A DNA stretch of 64,000 bases, from contig NZ_CAKZKO010000011.1 in the NCBI RefSeq assembly GCF_937123705.1, positions 6,667-70,666 of the forward strand, written 5' to 3'. The translations under genes were made by a program, and so were the position numbers. Within the stretch, counting starts at the first letter, position 1; each line of letters starts with the position of its first letter. This document shows positions 47,526 through 59,519 of this stretch, one piece after another. This stretch comes from an uncultured Paraglaciecola sp. (GTDB lineage Bacteria; Pseudomonadota; Gammaproteobacteria; Enterobacterales; Alteromonadaceae). The notes beneath the pieces are model-generated. The model had not been told where the DNA came from, searched no databases, and was given only the letters and a program-made list of their open reading frames with translations.

Positions 47526-50123
47526 TCACAACTTCTGTTCTATCCATGCTTGCACTGAAGCAATGGCAGACTCTAGATGTTGTGGTTGCGAACCTCCGGC
47601 TTGAGCCATATCTGGACGACCACCACCTTTGCCCCCTACCTGTTGAGCAACAAAATTAACCAAGTCACCGGCTCTAACCTTTGAGGTGAGATCCTTGGTT
47701 ACACCCACTATCATGCTGACTTTATTCTCTTCAGCCATGCCTAAAACGATAATGGCACTATCTAATTGGTTTTTAAAGTCATCAACCATAGTTCTCAAGG
47801 CCTTACTTTCAACACCTTTAAGTATGGTAGACAGCACTTTCACACCTTTTATTTCACGAACTTCAGACAACACATCCGAAGTAGCATTGCTGGCTAACTG
47901 TTGTTTGAGCTTTTCTAATTCTTTCTCTACTCGTTTACTTTGCTCTACCACTTGCTGTATACGAGCCGATAAACCTTGCGGATCGGTTTTTAACAAATTC
48001 GCCATTTGGCTCATTTGATGCCCTTGGCTTTGCACTAAATCAAGGGCCTTCTCACCCGTGACTGCTTCTATTCTTCTAACACCAGATGCGATACCGCCTT
48101 CTGAGACAATCTTAAAGAAACCAATATCTCCGGTGCGATTTACATGAGTGCCGCCGCACAGTTCCATTGAAAAATCACCCATAGAGACAACTCGTACGTC
48201 TTCGGAATACTTTTCACCAAATAATGCCATAGCCCCTGCCGCTTTGGCTTGGTCCAAATTCATTAATTGGGTATCTAAGTCATGATTGGCACGGATTTGC
48301 TGGTTCACTAACTTTTCAATACTTTGTAACTGAGCACTGCTAACGGCTTCAAAGTGAGAAAAGTCAAATCGCAATCGCTCATCGGTAACCAAAGAGCCTT
48401 TCTGATTAACCTGTTCTCCCAACTCTTGTTTTAACGCAGCATGCATAAGATGGGTGGCACTATGATTTAGCTTGATGGCCGCTCTGCGCTCAACATCAAA
48501 TTCGGCATCAAGGGTATCACCTAATTTGCAATCAACATTAGCTATACCCTGGTGGGCAATGGCATTTCCCAACTTAAAGGTGTCTGTTACGGTAAATGTG
48601 CCTTTTTCTAAAGTTAATGTGCCGGTATCACCTGCCTGCCCGCCTGACTCCGCATAAAATGGCGTTTGATTAAGCACCACCACGCCTTCATCACCGGCTC
48701 GCAACTGTTCAACAGCTTGCCCTTTTAAAAATAACTCGACAACTTTAGCTTGCGAGCTTTGCTGCTCATAACCAGTAAATTCAGAACGACTGCTAGACTG
48801 AAGTTGCTCATTGTAGTCCGTATCAAATTGACTCGCTTGTTGCGCCCGCTTGCGCTGCGCTGCCATAGCCGCCTGAAACCCTGGCTCATCTATAGTTAGT
48901 TCTTTCTCACGGGCAACATCAGCGGTTAAATCGGCCGGAAAACCATAGGTATCATAAAGTTTAAAAACCAATTCCCCTGGTACCACATCTCCACTTAGCT
49001 GGTTGAGAGCTTCATTAAGAATGTTCATACCACGCTCTAGAGTACGAGAAAACTGCTCTTCCTCTGTTTTTAAGACTCTTTCTATTAACTCTTGATTAGC
49101 AATGAGTTCAGGGTATGCATCACCCATTTGAGATCCCAAAGCTGCAACCAATTTATAGAAAAACACCTCTGTAGCACCAAGTTTATTACCATGCCTTACC
49201 GCTCGGCGAATAATACGTCTTAATACATAACCGCGACCTTCATTTGAAGGTAACACTCCATCACTGATTAAAAAGCTACATGAACGAATGTGATCGGCAA
49301 TTACTCGCAGAGATTTATTTTGTTTATCTGTTGCGCCAACAATCTTGGCAGTTGCCTCAATTAGGCTCTGAAAAATATCGATTTCATAATTGCTATGTAC
49401 ATTTTGCAAAATAGCCGATATTCGCTCTAGTCCCATACCGGTATCAATTGAAGGCTTTGGTAAAGGCTGCATGCTGCCATCGCTTTGACGGTTGAATTGC
49501 ATAAAGACAAGGTTCCAGATTTCGATAAATCTGTCGCCATCTTCTTCAGGCGTACCTGGACGGCCACCCCAAATATGCTCACCGTGATCATAAAATATTT
49601 CTGAACAAGGACCACAAGGACCGGTATCACCCATAGACCAAAAGTTATCCGAGGTACTAATACGTATGATTTTGTCTTCAGAAAGACCAATCTGATTTTT
49701 CCAGATTTCAAAAGCCTCGTCGTCCTCATGGTAAACCGTTACCACTAACTTCTCTTCAGGAAGACTAAGCTCTTTGGTCAAAAAGTCCCATGCATATTGG
49801 ATCGCATCGGTTTTGAAATAATCACCAAAACTAAAATTTCCTAACATCTCAAAAAACGTATGATGCCTTGCGGTATAGCCTACATTTTCAAGATCGTTGT
49901 GTTTTCCGCCTGCGCGTACACAGCGTTGTGACGATGTGGCTGTAGAGTAGCTACGCGATTCGCTGCCTAAAAACACATCTTTAAACTGATTCATTCCAGC
50001 ATTAGTAAATAACAGCGTTGGATCATTTGCTGGCACGAGTGACGAACTGGATACTTTTTGATGCCCTCTAGCGGCAAAAAAATCTAAAAATGCACTCCTG
50101 AGTTCGGCTGTTGTTTTACTCAT
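47526..50123 (-). CDS. alaS: Alanine--tRNA ligase
   Basis: [52 protein letters not shown]. Confidence 0.98.
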   Translation of the reverse strand: MSKTTAELRSAFLDFFAARGHQKVSSSSLVPANDPTLLFTNAGMNQFKDVFLGSESRSYSTATSSQRCVRAGGKHNDLENVGYTARHHTFFEMLGNFSFGDYFKTDAIQYAWDFLTKELSLPEEKLVVTVYHEDDEAFEIWKNQIGLSEDKIIRISTSDNFWSMGDTGPCGPCSEIFYDHGEHIWGGRPGTPEEDGDRFIEIWNLVFMQFNRQSDGSMQPLPKPSIDTGMGLERISAILQNVHSNYEIDIFQSLIEATAKIVGATDKQNKSLRVIADHIRSCSFLISDGVLPSNEGRGYVLRRIIRRAVRHGNKLGATEVFFYKLVAALGSQMGDAYPELIANQELIERVLKTEEEQFSRTLERGMNILNEALNQLSGDVVPGELVFKLYDTYGFPADLTADVAREKELTIDEPGFQAAMAAQRKRAQQASQFDTDYNEQLQSSSRSEFTGYEQQSSQAKVVELFLKGQAVEQLRAGDEGVVVLNQTPFYAESGGQAGDTGTLTLEKGTFTVTDTFKLGNAIAHQGIANVDCKLGDTLDAEFDVERRAAIKLNHSATHLMHAALKQELGEQVNQKGSLVTDERLRFDFSHFEAVSSAQLQSIEKLVNQQIRANHDLDTQLMNLDQAKAAGAMALFGEKYSEDVRVVSMGDFSMELCGGTHVNRTGDIGFFKIVSEGGIASGVRRIEAVTGEKALDLVQSQGHQMSQMANLLKTDPQGLSARIQQVVEQSKRVEKELEKLKQQLASNATSDVLSEVREIKGVKVLSTILKGVESKALRTMVDDFKNQLDSAIIVLGMAEENKVSMIVGVTKDLTSKVRAGDLVNFVAQQVGGKGGGRPDMAQAGGSQPQHLESAIASVQAWIEQKL

Positions 50124-50235
50124 TTACAATCCTGAAATATTAATAATTAATGAAATTTAAATTCGCCTAAAGCGGCGGCGCACAAAGATAGCAGTTTAGC
50201 GTAGTTTTGTTAAGGCCAGCATTGCCCCTAACGCG

Positions 50236-50691
50236 TTATTCTTTAGATGTTTCAATTGCATAACGAATTTGTTCAGGGGTAAATCCTCGAGAATACAAAA
50301 ACCTTTGTTGTTTCTGCTGCTCTTTGTAGTCTTTAGGCGCTTCGCCTTTGTACTTTTTTTCATAGACTTTTAGCACCAGTTCAAACCAATCAACACTTAG
50401 TTCGTCCATCGCTTGGGCCACGATTTCTGCGGTAATTTGATGCTCTTTTAATTCTTGACGAATTCTTAATTCACCTATGCCTTTATTGGCACGGCCCCTT
50501 ATTAATGACTCGGCAAACCTCTCATTACTTTGCAGCTTATGTTGCTTGTATTTCTCAATCCATTCAATGCATAAACTGCGCTCAAAGTCGCGTTGCATCA
50601 GCTTTTTTAAAAGTTCATGTTCACTATGCTCTCGCCCCGCAAGCAACCGAGTGAGCGTATATTTGATGATTTTGCTATCATTCTCTGCCAT
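50236..50691 (-). CDS. recX: Regulatory protein RecX
   Basis: LLAGREHS..EL..KL, G..RIRQEL, FLYSRGF. Confidence 0.92.
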   Translation of the reverse strand: MAENDSKIIKYTLTRLLAGREHSEHELLKKLMQRDFERSLCIEWIEKYKQHKLQSNERFAESLIRGRANKGIGELRIRQELKEHQITAEIVAQAMDELSVDWFELVLKVYEKKYKGEAPKDYKEQQKQQRFLYSRGFTPEQIRYAIETSKE

Positions 50692-50729
50692 ATTAGCAAC
50701 GTATACTCAGCACAAGGTTAGTCTCACTA

Positions 50730-51893
50730 TTGTCTTCACTAATTTCAAAATACACCTTTAAATTTAACACTTCTATTGCACAAATCGGCAACACTACATG
50801 GGACCAATTATCAAAAAATACTAATCCATTCTGCCAATATACCTTTTTACATGCCTTAGAGTCTTCTGGCTCGGTAGCAGGTGATTCTGGTTGGCAACCT
50901 TTTCATTTGGTCATTTATGATAATTCAGAAGCAGTAGGCGTGTTACCCCTATATAAGAAAACCCATAGTTACGGAGAATATGTCTTTGATTTCGCTTGGG
51001 CCAACGCTTATCAACAACATGGCCTAGACTATTATCCCAAATTAGTCGCAGCCATTCCTTTTACGCCTGTAACTGGGGTTAGGTTGATGCTTGACAAAAA
51101 AGTTGATTACGCCGAGTTATTGCCCATATTGTGCCACGAAATTTCTCAGCAGTTAAACCTGCTCGATCTATCTTCGATGCATTGGCTATTCGTTGAACCA
51201 GATATCAGCCATTTATTAAGTTTATCAGGACAACTGCAACGTCATTGTGTGCAATTTCAATGGTTTAATCGTCAATACACGTCTTTTGAAGATTACCTAA
51301 GTCACTTTAATTCTCGAAAAAGAAAAAGCGTAAAAAAAGAACGCCAGAAAGTAGCCAGTCAGGGTGTTGCTGTGTTGCGTTTACATGGCGACAAACTAAC
51401 GGCAGAAAACATGCAGTTTTTTTATCATTGCTACAAACAAACTTACTTAAAGCGCAGTGGCCACCAAGGGTATTTAACCCAAGCGTTTTTTCAGCAATTA
51501 TTCACCACTATGCCAGACAATTTAATGTTAGTCGTGGCGCTAAAAAATGAACAACCCATAGCCAGCGCCCTATTCGTATTTGATCAAAAGCAATTATGTG
51601 GCCGTTATTGGGGGGCGTTACAAGATGTACCAAGTTTACATTTTGAATGTTGTTACTACCAAGGAATAGAGTTTTGCATTGAACAAAATATTGCCCAGTT
51701 TAACCCCGGCACCCAAGGTGAGCACAAAATATTACGAGGCTTCGAACCTATCTTTTGTTATTCGAATCATGCATTGCTTGAGCCCGCTTTTCACCAAGCG
51801 GTAGAAAGGTTCGTCGAAGAGGAGGCTGTTCAACTTGCAAAATATAAACAACAGGCATCTACACTGTTACCCTTTAAACAACTATCTCAATAA
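50730..51893 (+). CDS. FemAB-like GNAT protein (DUF482)
   Basis: KTHSYGEYVFDFAWA, PFTPVTG, GRYWG, LHFECCYYQ, QGEHK..RGF. Confidence 0.9.
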   Translation: MSSLISKYTFKFNTSIAQIGNTTWDQLSKNTNPFCQYTFLHALESSGSVAGDSGWQPFHLVIYDNSEAVGVLPLYKKTHSYGEYVFDFAWANAYQQHGLDYYPKLVAAIPFTPVTGVRLMLDKKVDYAELLPILCHEISQQLNLLDLSSMHWLFVEPDISHLLSLSGQLQRHCVQFQWFNRQYTSFEDYLSHFNSRKRKSVKKERQKVASQGVAVLRLHGDKLTAENMQFFYHCYKQTYLKRSGHQGYLTQAFFQQLFTTMPDNLMLVVALKNEQPIASALFVFDQKQLCGRYWGALQDVPSLHFECCYYQGIEFCIEQNIAQFNPGTQGEHKILRGFEPIFCYSNHALLEPAFHQAVERFVEEEAVQLAKYKQQASTLLPFKQLSQ

Positions 51894-51916
51894 AGTGAAT
51901 CTCACTTAAATAGTGA

Positions 51917-52510
51917 TTACTTTTTCCACACCAATAAAAAATTATTAGCTGGCATTACGATTTTTTCAATAAGAGTCAAAGGTGATGCCCATTGGACTAA
52001 TTCTTCAATATCCCGAATACCGCCGCAGTTTTGAGCTTTCAGATGTTGGTCAAAGGCTTTATTTGAAGCGCTGGTGTACTGTCCATCAATATTAAATGGA
52101 CCATATTGGCAAAATACGCCGCCAGTTGGTAAAGACTCTGCCACGAGTTGCATCATGCGCTGAGCTTCTGCTGGTTGCATAATGTGCGTGGTATTGGCGC
52201 TATACACGGCATCAAAATTTGCTAAGGGTAAGGAATGACTATGTTTGGCATCAATAGTTAACGACAAAGGTTGATGTAGATTATCGGCCCTAACGCCTTT
52301 AAGCCAGGCTTTTATACCAAGATGTTTGTCTGGCATATCACTGGTGTGCCACTGCAAGTACGGTAACTGGGGAGCGAAAAATGCTGCATGTTGACCTGTG
52401 CCAGAGCCAATCTCTAACAAGCGTTGGCTATTGGTTAGCACTCTTGTTAATACTTCAAATATTGGTTGCTTATTATTTTCACAGGCCTGACTAAAAGGTT
52501 TATCAAACAT
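51917..52510 (-). CDS. DUF938 SAM-dependent methyltransferase
   Basis: ENNKQPI, LEIGSGTGQH, YGPF, MPANN. Confidence 0.9.
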   Translation of the reverse strand: MFDKPFSQACENNKQPIFEVLTRVLTNSQRLLEIGSGTGQHAAFFAPQLPYLQWHTSDMPDKHLGIKAWLKGVRADNLHQPLSLTIDAKHSHSLPLANFDAVYSANTTHIMQPAEAQRMMQLVAESLPTGGVFCQYGPFNIDGQYTSASNKAFDQHLKAQNCGGIRDIEELVQWASPLTLIEKIVMPANNFLLVWKK

Positions 52511-52522
52511 AGTTATCCATCT

Positions 52523-55174
52523 TTATTGCAGGTTAGGTCCAAGCCATTTTTCGGCTTCTAGTCTATCCCAATTTTTGCGGGAAGCGTAGTCAAGCAATTG
52601 ATCTTCTTGTATTTGCGCCACAGCAAAATAGCGGCATTCAGGATGAGAGAAATAAAACCCCGACACGGCTGCCCCTGGCCACATGGCGTAACTTTCGGTA
52701 AGTTTCATACCGGTATTTTGCTCGGCGTCTAACAAATCCCAAATTAATTGTTTTTCGGTGTGTTCTGGACATGCTGCGTAACCGGGTGCGGGGCGTATAC
52801 CTTGATATTTTTCACGAATTAACTCTTCGTTCGATAGGTTTTCGTTTGCTGCATAGCCCCAAATGTCTTTACGTACTTTTTCGTGTAGGAATTCAGCAAA
52901 AGCTTCGGCAAATCTATCGGCTAGGGCTTTAATCATAATAGAATTATAATCATCGCCATCATCTTCGTATGCTTTGGCCAAGTCGTCTTCCCATGTGCCA
53001 GCTGTTACTGCAAATGCGCCAAGATAGTCAGCTTTACCTGAAGACTTAGGAGCCACAAAATCACTTAAACAATTATTTGCGCCTTTTGGTTTTTCGGTTT
53101 GCTGACGTAAATGATGGGCTACGTGATCAACTTTATTACGGCTTTCGTCGGTATAGATTTCAATATCGTCTTGTACGCGATTGGCAGGAAAAACTCCCAT
53201 CACACCACTGGCTTTTAACTTAGAATTATTACAAAGCATTTTTAGCATAGCTTGGGCATCGGCAAATAGATTTTGTGCTTCCTTGCCAACCACTTCATCT
53301 TCTAAAATACGCGGGTACTTACCGGCTAAAGACCAAGTTAAGAAAAATGGTGTCCAATCAATATAATCGACTAACTCACTAAGGCCCAGTTCTATGGCCG
53401 TTATGCCAAGCTGTTTAGGCGCTGGAGGTTGGTAACTATCCCAATCGAACTTAAATCCGTTATTGCGCGCTTGGGATAAAGTAATGGGTTTAGTGCGTGG
53501 TTTTTTCTTGGCATGCTGCTCACGAACTTTTTGGTATTCAAGGGTCAATTCGTTGGCATACACTTGGCGATTTTCAGCGGTAATTAATTTTTGGCACACC
53601 CCCACCGCTCGACTGGCGTTGGGCACATATACCACAGGATGTTGATAATTGTGTTCAATTTTAACCGCGGTATGGGCTTTTGACGTTGTCGCCCCTCCAA
53701 TTAACAAGGGCAAATCAAATTCTAAACGCTGCATTTCTTTGGCAACATGCACCATTTCATCTAGTGATGGCGTGATCAAGCCCGATAACCCAATCATATC
53801 GACATTTTCATCTTTGGCCACTTGTAACAACTTGGCACAAGGCACCATTACACCAAGGTCGATAATTTCAAAGTTATTACATTGCAGCACTACGCCCACA
53901 ATGTTTTTGCCAATATCGTGCACGTCGCCCTTTACTGTGGCTAATAGTATTTTACCGTTGCTGCTGCCTTGGTCTTTTTCTAGCTCAATGTAAGGGTTTA
54001 GATAAGACACTGCTTTTTTCATTACTCGCGCCGACTTAACGACTTGAGGAAGAAACATTTTTCCTTCACCAAACAAGTCCCCCACTACATTCATACCATC
54101 CATTAATGGCCCTTCAATCACATGTAAAGGGCGTTCGGCTTCGAGGCGAGCGGCTTCTGTGTCTTGTTCAATAAAGTCCATAATACCGCGGACCAATGCG
54201 TGCTCTAAACGTTTGTTAACTGGTAATTCCCGCCATTCAAGGCTTTCTTTTACTACAGATTTACCATCGCCTTGAAACTTAGGAGCCAATTCTAAAAGAT
54301 TGTCTGTTGCTTGGGGATGACGGTTGAGGATCACATCTTCTACCGCATCTTTTAACTCGCTAGGTATTTGGTCGTAGACTTCCAGCTGCCCAGCGTTCAC
54401 TATGCCCATATCCATGCCCGCTTTTATGGCATGATACAAAAACACCGAATGCATCGCTTCGCGAACCGGATTATTACCTCTAAAAGAAAATGATACATTC
54501 GACAAGCCCCCAGACACATGAGCATGGGGTAAATGCTGGCGAATACGCCTTGTGGCGTTAATAAAATCAACCGCGTAATTGTTATGCTCTTCAATACCTG
54601 TAGCCACGGCAAAAATGTTTGGATCGAAAATAATATCTTGAGGTGGAAAGCCAATTTTCTCGGTAAGCAGTTGATAGCTTCGTTGGCAAATCTCGAATTT
54701 GCGCTGTTCGGTATCGGCTTGACCAGTTTCATCAAAGGCCATCACGACTGTTGCGGCGCCATATCGTTTTAATAGTTTGGCTTGATATAAAAAGTTGTCT
54801 TCGCCTTCTTTCAAGCTAATAGAATTAACTATGGCCTTGCCTTGCACACATTTTAATCCCGCCTCGATGACCGACCATTTTGATGAATCAATCATAATGG
54901 GTACTCGGGAAATATCGGGTTCAGAGGCAATTAGGTTTAAGAAGCGCGTCATGGCAGCTTCTGAATCAAGCATGGCCTCGTCCATATTGATATCAATTAT
55001 CTGCGCGCCATTTTCGACTTGCTGACGAGCCACATCTAAGGCTTTTTCGTATTCGTCGTTTAAAATCAAGCGCTTAAAAATCGCCGATCCTGTGACGTTG
55101 GTACGTTCACCTACATTAATAAAGTTGGCAGAGGCTAAAGAAGAAACCTCGGCATCAGTCGTATTTTCACCCAT
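52523..55174 (-). CDS. metH: Methionine synthase, pterin/B12/activation domains (split MetH, C-terminal part)
   Basis: [24 protein letters not shown]. Confidence 0.95.
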   Translation of the reverse strand: MGENTTDAEVSSLASANFINVGERTNVTGSAIFKRLILNDEYEKALDVARQQVENGAQIIDINMDEAMLDSEAAMTRFLNLIASEPDISRVPIMIDSSKWSVIEAGLKCVQGKAIVNSISLKEGEDNFLYQAKLLKRYGAATVVMAFDETGQADTEQRKFEICQRSYQLLTEKIGFPPQDIIFDPNIFAVATGIEEHNNYAVDFINATRRIRQHLPHAHVSGGLSNVSFSFRGNNPVREAMHSVFLYHAIKAGMDMGIVNAGQLEVYDQIPSELKDAVEDVILNRHPQATDNLLELAPKFQGDGKSVVKESLEWRELPVNKRLEHALVRGIMDFIEQDTEAARLEAERPLHVIEGPLMDGMNVVGDLFGEGKMFLPQVVKSARVMKKAVSYLNPYIELEKDQGSSNGKILLATVKGDVHDIGKNIVGVVLQCNNFEIIDLGVMVPCAKLLQVAKDENVDMIGLSGLITPSLDEMVHVAKEMQRLEFDLPLLIGGATTSKAHTAVKIEHNYQHPVVYVPNASRAVGVCQKLITAENRQVYANELTLEYQKVREQHAKKKPRTKPITLSQARNNGFKFDWDSYQPPAPKQLGITAIELGLSELVDYIDWTPFFLTWSLAGKYPRILEDEVVGKEAQNLFADAQAMLKMLCNNSKLKASGVMGVFPANRVQDDIEIYTDESRNKVDHVAHHLRQQTEKPKGANNCLSDFVAPKSSGKADYLGAFAVTAGTWEDDLAKAYEDDGDDYNSIMIKALADRFAEAFAEFLHEKVRKDIWGYAANENLSNEELIREKYQGIRPAPGYAACPEHTEKQLIWDLLDAEQNTGMKLTESYAMWPGAAVSGFYFSHPECRYFAVAQIQEDQLLDYASRKNWDRLEAEKWLGPNLQ

Positions 55175-55183
55175 TTCTATCGC

Positions 55184-56251
55184 CTAATGTACAAAAGGTT
55201 CTAAACCAGACAGGCGCATCTTCACCTCTCGTTTAATTATTTTTCTCGGCGCACAATCCTTTACTGCTTCGCTTATGGCAGTAATGTGCGCGGGCGTACT
55301 GCCGCAGCATCCCCCCACAATATTCAATAAGCCTGACTCAGCCCATTCTTTTATATGCGCCGCCATCTCTTCGGCCTCCATGTCGTATTCACCAAATTCA
55401 TTCGGTAAGCCAGCATTTGGATGGGCTGTTACCAAGCATTCTGCCACCTGAGAAATCTCTTCCACATATTGCCGCAACAAGTCTGGCCCCAAGGCACAAT
55501 TTAGTCCAAAGGAAAACGGCGCTACATGATTCATCGAATAATAAAAAGCTTCTGCCGTTTGCCCTGACAAGGTGCGTCCTGATGCATCGGTAATAGTACC
55601 CGAAATCATGACAGGTAAGCTTATGCCTAGCTCATCAAAAACAGTTTGAATAGCAAAAACCGCCGCTTTAGCATTTAGGGTATCGAAAATGGTCTCAACC
55701 ATAATTAAATCGGCACCACCTTCGATCAATCCATGGGTGGCTTCGACATAAGCGTTGACTAACTCATCAAAAGTCACATTACGTTTGGCCGGATCGTTGA
55801 CATCAGGCGAAATAGACGCAGTGCGACTGGTTGGCCCTAACACTCCAGCCACAAACCTTGGTTTGTTGGGTGTTTGCTGAGTGTATTTGTCTGCAGCTTT
55901 TTTAGCTAATTTGGTGGCTTCGATATTTATTTCTTTTGCCAAAGCCTGCATGTTGTAATCGGCCATTGAAATAGTCGTAGCGTTAAAGGTATTGGACTCG
56001 ATAATATCGGCCCCGGCTTCTAGGTAGGCACAATGTATGTCGTAGATGATTTTTGGTTGAGTTAACACCAATAAATCATTATTGCCTTTAACATCACTTT
56101 GCCAATCGACAAAGCGCTGCCCACGGTAATCGGCTTCTTGTAACTTATGCTGTTGGATCATGGTGCCCATAGCACCGTCGAGTAACAAAATGCGTTGCTG
56201 TGTTGCCGCAAATAAACTTTTATGTTGTTGGCTCAATGTTTCATCTACCAT
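55184..56251 (-). CDS. metH: Methionine synthase, homocysteine-binding domain (split MetH, N-terminal part)
   Basis: [21 protein letters not shown]; ends LSGLEP. Confidence 0.93.
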   Translation of the reverse strand: MVDETLSQQHKSLFAATQQRILLLDGAMGTMIQQHKLQEADYRGQRFVDWQSDVKGNNDLLVLTQPKIIYDIHCAYLEAGADIIESNTFNATTISMADYNMQALAKEINIEATKLAKKAADKYTQQTPNKPRFVAGVLGPTSRTASISPDVNDPAKRNVTFDELVNAYVEATHGLIEGGADLIMVETIFDTLNAKAAVFAIQTVFDELGISLPVMISGTITDASGRTLSGQTAEAFYYSMNHVAPFSFGLNCALGPDLLRQYVEEISQVAECLVTAHPNAGLPNEFGEYDMEAEEMAAHIKEWAESGLLNIVGGCCGSTPAHITAISEAVKDCAPRKIIKREVKMRLSGLEPFVH

Positions 56252-56278
56252 TTTAATCTTGATTACATTTTCCCGAAG

Positions 56279-57199
56279 CTAATCTGTTAACTTAGCTAGA
56301 TCATAAGGTGTATTTTGATACACATAATAGTTCAACCAGTTAGTAAACAATAAGCTGCCATGAGCTCGCCAACTGGCAATGGGCTCTTTAGATGGATCGT
56401 CATCAACAAAGTAGTTAACAGGAATATGCGGATTACCATTATTCAATAAATCTCGTTGATATTCTTGCTTTAAGCTTTCGGGATCGTATTCTGGGTGCCC
56501 AGTAACAAACACTAAACGCTTATCTTCAGAGGCAATTATATAAGCCCCCCCTTCTTCTGACTTAGCCAAGATATTTAGCTCTGGTATTGAGCCGTAATCT
56601 GCTAAGGATATTTCACCATATCGCGAATGAGGGGCGTTAAACACAGGGTCAAATCCACGTAATAATTCGTCGTGTTCATTTTGGACCTTATGTTGGTAAA
56701 CACCGCTTAACTTGCGCTCTCTTAGCGCCCTATTTTTTCCAAAGAAATGATAAATAGCCCCATGAGCTGCCCAACAAGAAAACAATGTGGATTGCACATG
56801 ACGACGAGCCCAATCCATAATCACTGTCATTTTATCCCAGTATTTAACATCCTGATAAGCCAGATGCGCCAAAGGTGCTCCAGTAACTATCAGTCCATCA
56901 TATTTTTTACTGGCCACATCATCAAAAGCCAGATAGAAATTATCCATATGCGCTGCAGGCGTATTTTTGGGCGCTTGGTTATCGATACGAATTAAGTCAA
57001 TATTAATTTGCAACGGTGTATTGGAGAGTAAGCGTAAAAATTGCTCTTCGGTTTCCATTTTATTGGGCATTAAATTTAAGATACCCACTTCCATAGGCCT
57101 TATGTCTTGAGTGGCTGCCCGCTGACTGTCCATTACAAAAATATTTTCTTTGTTAAGCACATTTTGAGCAGGTAAATTGCTAGGTATTCGAATTGGCAT
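56279..57199 (-). CDS. metA: Homoserine O-acyl(succinyl)transferase
   Basis: QDIRP, LNLMPNK, TGAP, CWAA, PHSR, GHPEY, NWLNYYVYQ. Confidence 0.95.
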   Translation of the reverse strand: MPIRIPSNLPAQNVLNKENIFVMDSQRAATQDIRPMEVGILNLMPNKMETEEQFLRLLSNTPLQINIDLIRIDNQAPKNTPAAHMDNFYLAFDDVASKKYDGLIVTGAPLAHLAYQDVKYWDKMTVIMDWARRHVQSTLFSCWAAHGAIYHFFGKNRALRERKLSGVYQHKVQNEHDELLRGFDPVFNAPHSRYGEISLADYGSIPELNILAKSEEGGAYIIASEDKRLVFVTGHPEYDPESLKQEYQRDLLNNGNPHIPVNYFVDDDPSKEPIASWRAHGSLLFTNWLNYYVYQNTPYDLAKLTD

Positions 57200-57256
57200 A
57201 ACGGCTCTTTAGCAGAAAGTGGTGTATAAGAATTTCGCGTAATATCATGCAAAAGT

Positions 57257-57288
57257 CAACATCTTTACGTCTAGACGTCTAAACGAAA
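57257..57288. promoter_or_regulatory. Tandem MetJ boxes
   Basis: CAACATCT-TTACGTCT-AGACGTCT-AAACGAAA upstream of metA; one box is a perfect consensus match. Confidence 0.88.
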
Positions 57289-57606
57289 AGTTATACAGTG
57301 GTGAAAATTGGTCTTAATGTATTGGTGAACCTATTCTCATCTATGCCTAAAATTATCCTCTCATTGTATGTTTGAGCTAAATTGCAAGCTAAATTTAGAT
57401 GACAGCTTTCTCTTATTGAAGCGCATTAAGCCTAAGATATTGTTTTCCAAAATAGTGTCAATTATTTTTACATATCACGAATCTCAATATTTTAATACTC
57501 ATAAGAAACAATAACCTAGATAACGGTACTATTAATGCATGACTTATGCCTGACCACAAATGTCGTTAACTCGATATAAAAACTTGTCAATTAAAGGACT
57601 CAAATT

Positions 57607-58245
57607 ATGAAGTTTTTCTCAAAATTAATGGTTTCAACTTGCTTACTTTCTGCTGTTTCTTTTAATGCTGTTGCAGGCATTGTTTTCTCTTTTACTGAAT
57701 CAGGAGGAAATGTAATTATGCAGTCGTCAGGTGTGCTCGATACAACTAGCTTAATCAGTCAAACTTCTGCAAGTTGGGGTGGTATTGGTACTGAAACTAA
57801 CAACGCTCCAGAATCCGATATCATGGGTGACACTACTATGGGGAGCCTTGATCTAGCCTTTGGGTTTAGTGCAGGTACAGACTTAAGCCCATGGATTGGT
57901 GATATGTTCACTTTACTTTTTCCATCTATTCCTTGGGTTTCTTCTGGGACGACTCAATTTGCAACATACTATTTAGAGACAGGCGGTATACGAACTCCGG
58001 GGATCGGACTTGCACAAGAGGATCTAATAAACGGATTATGGACACCCGATGTATCTTGGATCGCCGCTGCTAGTTTCGCTAGCATAGGCTTAACTGTGGG
58101 TGATTATACTATCACTGATGCTCAAACTGGCGAATTTATCTCTATTCAGATTGGTGAGCCAATCAGTGTTGCTGCTCCTTCAGTTGTTGTTTTGCTGGGA
58201 CTTGGAGTATTAGGGATTGTTATTTCAAGAAAATTTAAATTGTAA
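57607..58245 (+). CDS. Exported protein with a PEP-CTERM-like sorting tail
   Basis: Signal peptide ending AVA-G; C-terminal VAAPS, then a TM helix and RKFK. Confidence 0.75.
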   Translation: MKFFSKLMVSTCLLSAVSFNAVAGIVFSFTESGGNVIMQSSGVLDTTSLISQTSASWGGIGTETNNAPESDIMGDTTMGSLDLAFGFSAGTDLSPWIGDMFTLLFPSIPWVSSGTTQFATYYLETGGIRTPGIGLAQEDLINGLWTPDVSWIAAASFASIGLTVGDYTITDAQTGEFISIQIGEPISVAAPSVVVLLGLGVLGIVISRKFKL

Positions 58246-58497
58246 AACATCACGCCTTTAGAACTAATAACACCCCGCGGTTTCCTCCACAGCCATCTGT
58301 TCCACATTAGCTAGGCTGGTGGAGGGTAACTGTGGCAGACAGATAGCTGAGGATCTAAAACAAGTCCGACTAATTGATCGCCTCTTTAGGCCGATTTTAG
58401 TCCTTTTTGTACTTAAATTTAATGTTTGCAATTGGCACTAAACGGCCTTCAATTTAAGTGTTCCTCATTCCCGATTAGATTCACCAGAAGATTGGTA

Positions 58498-58908
58498 TTA
58501 ACGTTGATTATTATGAAGATTAAACAGCAGCTCAGCCTCTGCAGCTGGCATATCACATTCACGCATAACCTCCTCAAGACTTGCGCCTTGGCTAATGAGT
58601 TTAGCGCCTTTGCTGTAAAATCGGCTTTGAGGATCTTGTTCAACTAAATTTTGTTGAGCTGTTTGTAAGCTTTCAACTTGCTCGATTAAAGCTTTAACTC
58701 GGCGACTCACACCATAGTTACCACTGCGAATTTCATGGAGTTCTTCGCTCAGGCTACTGTTAGCTTTCATGAGTTCTGATAGGGATTTATCTTGAGACTT
58801 ATTGGTGTCCAATTGATTATTAAAACGTTTAAAAAGCAACGCAGCCATAGCAATACTACAAAAAGAGACAATCAGTGCGATTAAGCTTATTAATAATGGA
58901 AAACTCAT
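58498..58908 (-). CDS. DUF2802 protein
   Basis: TM segment, coiled coil, Y..G..L...GA...EVM.EC....AEAELL; end of the che operon. Confidence 0.88.
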   Translation of the reverse strand: MSFPLLISLIALIVSFCSIAMAALLFKRFNNQLDTNKSQDKSLSELMKANSSLSEELHEIRSGNYGVSRRVKALIEQVESLQTAQQNLVEQDPQSRFYSKGAKLISQGASLEEVMRECDMPAAEAELLFNLHNNQR

Positions 58909-58999
58909 AATTATCTCTCAAATAAACTCAAGGCACGTTGTATTCAGGCAAAGCCACACAGTACTTATATAAATAACGTATTCAGGCTGCTATATGTAC

Positions 59000-59494
59000 T
59001 TAGATATTAGTAATTTCAGTCCACTCTTCATCATTAAGTAATTTATTCAAATCCACAAGAATGAGTAACTGTCCATCTCTATTACTAACACCTTGAATAA
59101 ACTTAGCGCTTTCTTCGGTGCCTACATTAGGTGCGCTATCTATCTCAGACGAACGCAGATATACCACTTCGGCTACACTGTCGACAAGGATCCCTACTAC
59201 TTGCTCATCAGACTCAATGATAACAATCCGAGTGTTGTCTGAAATGTCTGTAGGAGGTAAACCAAATCGAGAACGGGTATCTATGACGGTAACAACATTC
59301 CCTCTCAAATTAATAATCCCTAGAACATAGTCTGGCGCACCAGGTACGGGCGCAATTTCAGTATGCCGCAAGACCTCTTGTACTTGCATCACATTAATAC
59401 CGTATGTCTCTTCACCTAATTTATAGGTTACCCACTGTAAGACTTCGTCGCCATTTGCATCTACAGTATTATTTGAATTTCTATCGTCACTCAT
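59000..59494 (-). CDS. cheW: CheW
   Basis: YGINVMQVQEV, GIINLRG, GILVDSV. Confidence 0.96.
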   Translation of the reverse strand: MSDDRNSNNTVDANGDEVLQWVTYKLGEETYGINVMQVQEVLRHTEIAPVPGAPDYVLGIINLRGNVVTVIDTRSRFGLPPTDISDNTRIVIIESDEQVVGILVDSVAEVVYLRSSEIDSAPNVGTEESAKFIQGVSNRDGQLLILVDLNKLLNDEEWTEITNI

Positions 59495-59519
59495 TCCATC
59501 GCTCCGGCCCTAACATAGG

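Noticed and set aside
55175-55183. Programmed frameshift or pseudogene in metH
   Set aside because: No slippery sequence is present; both parts are intact and the break is at a domain boundary.
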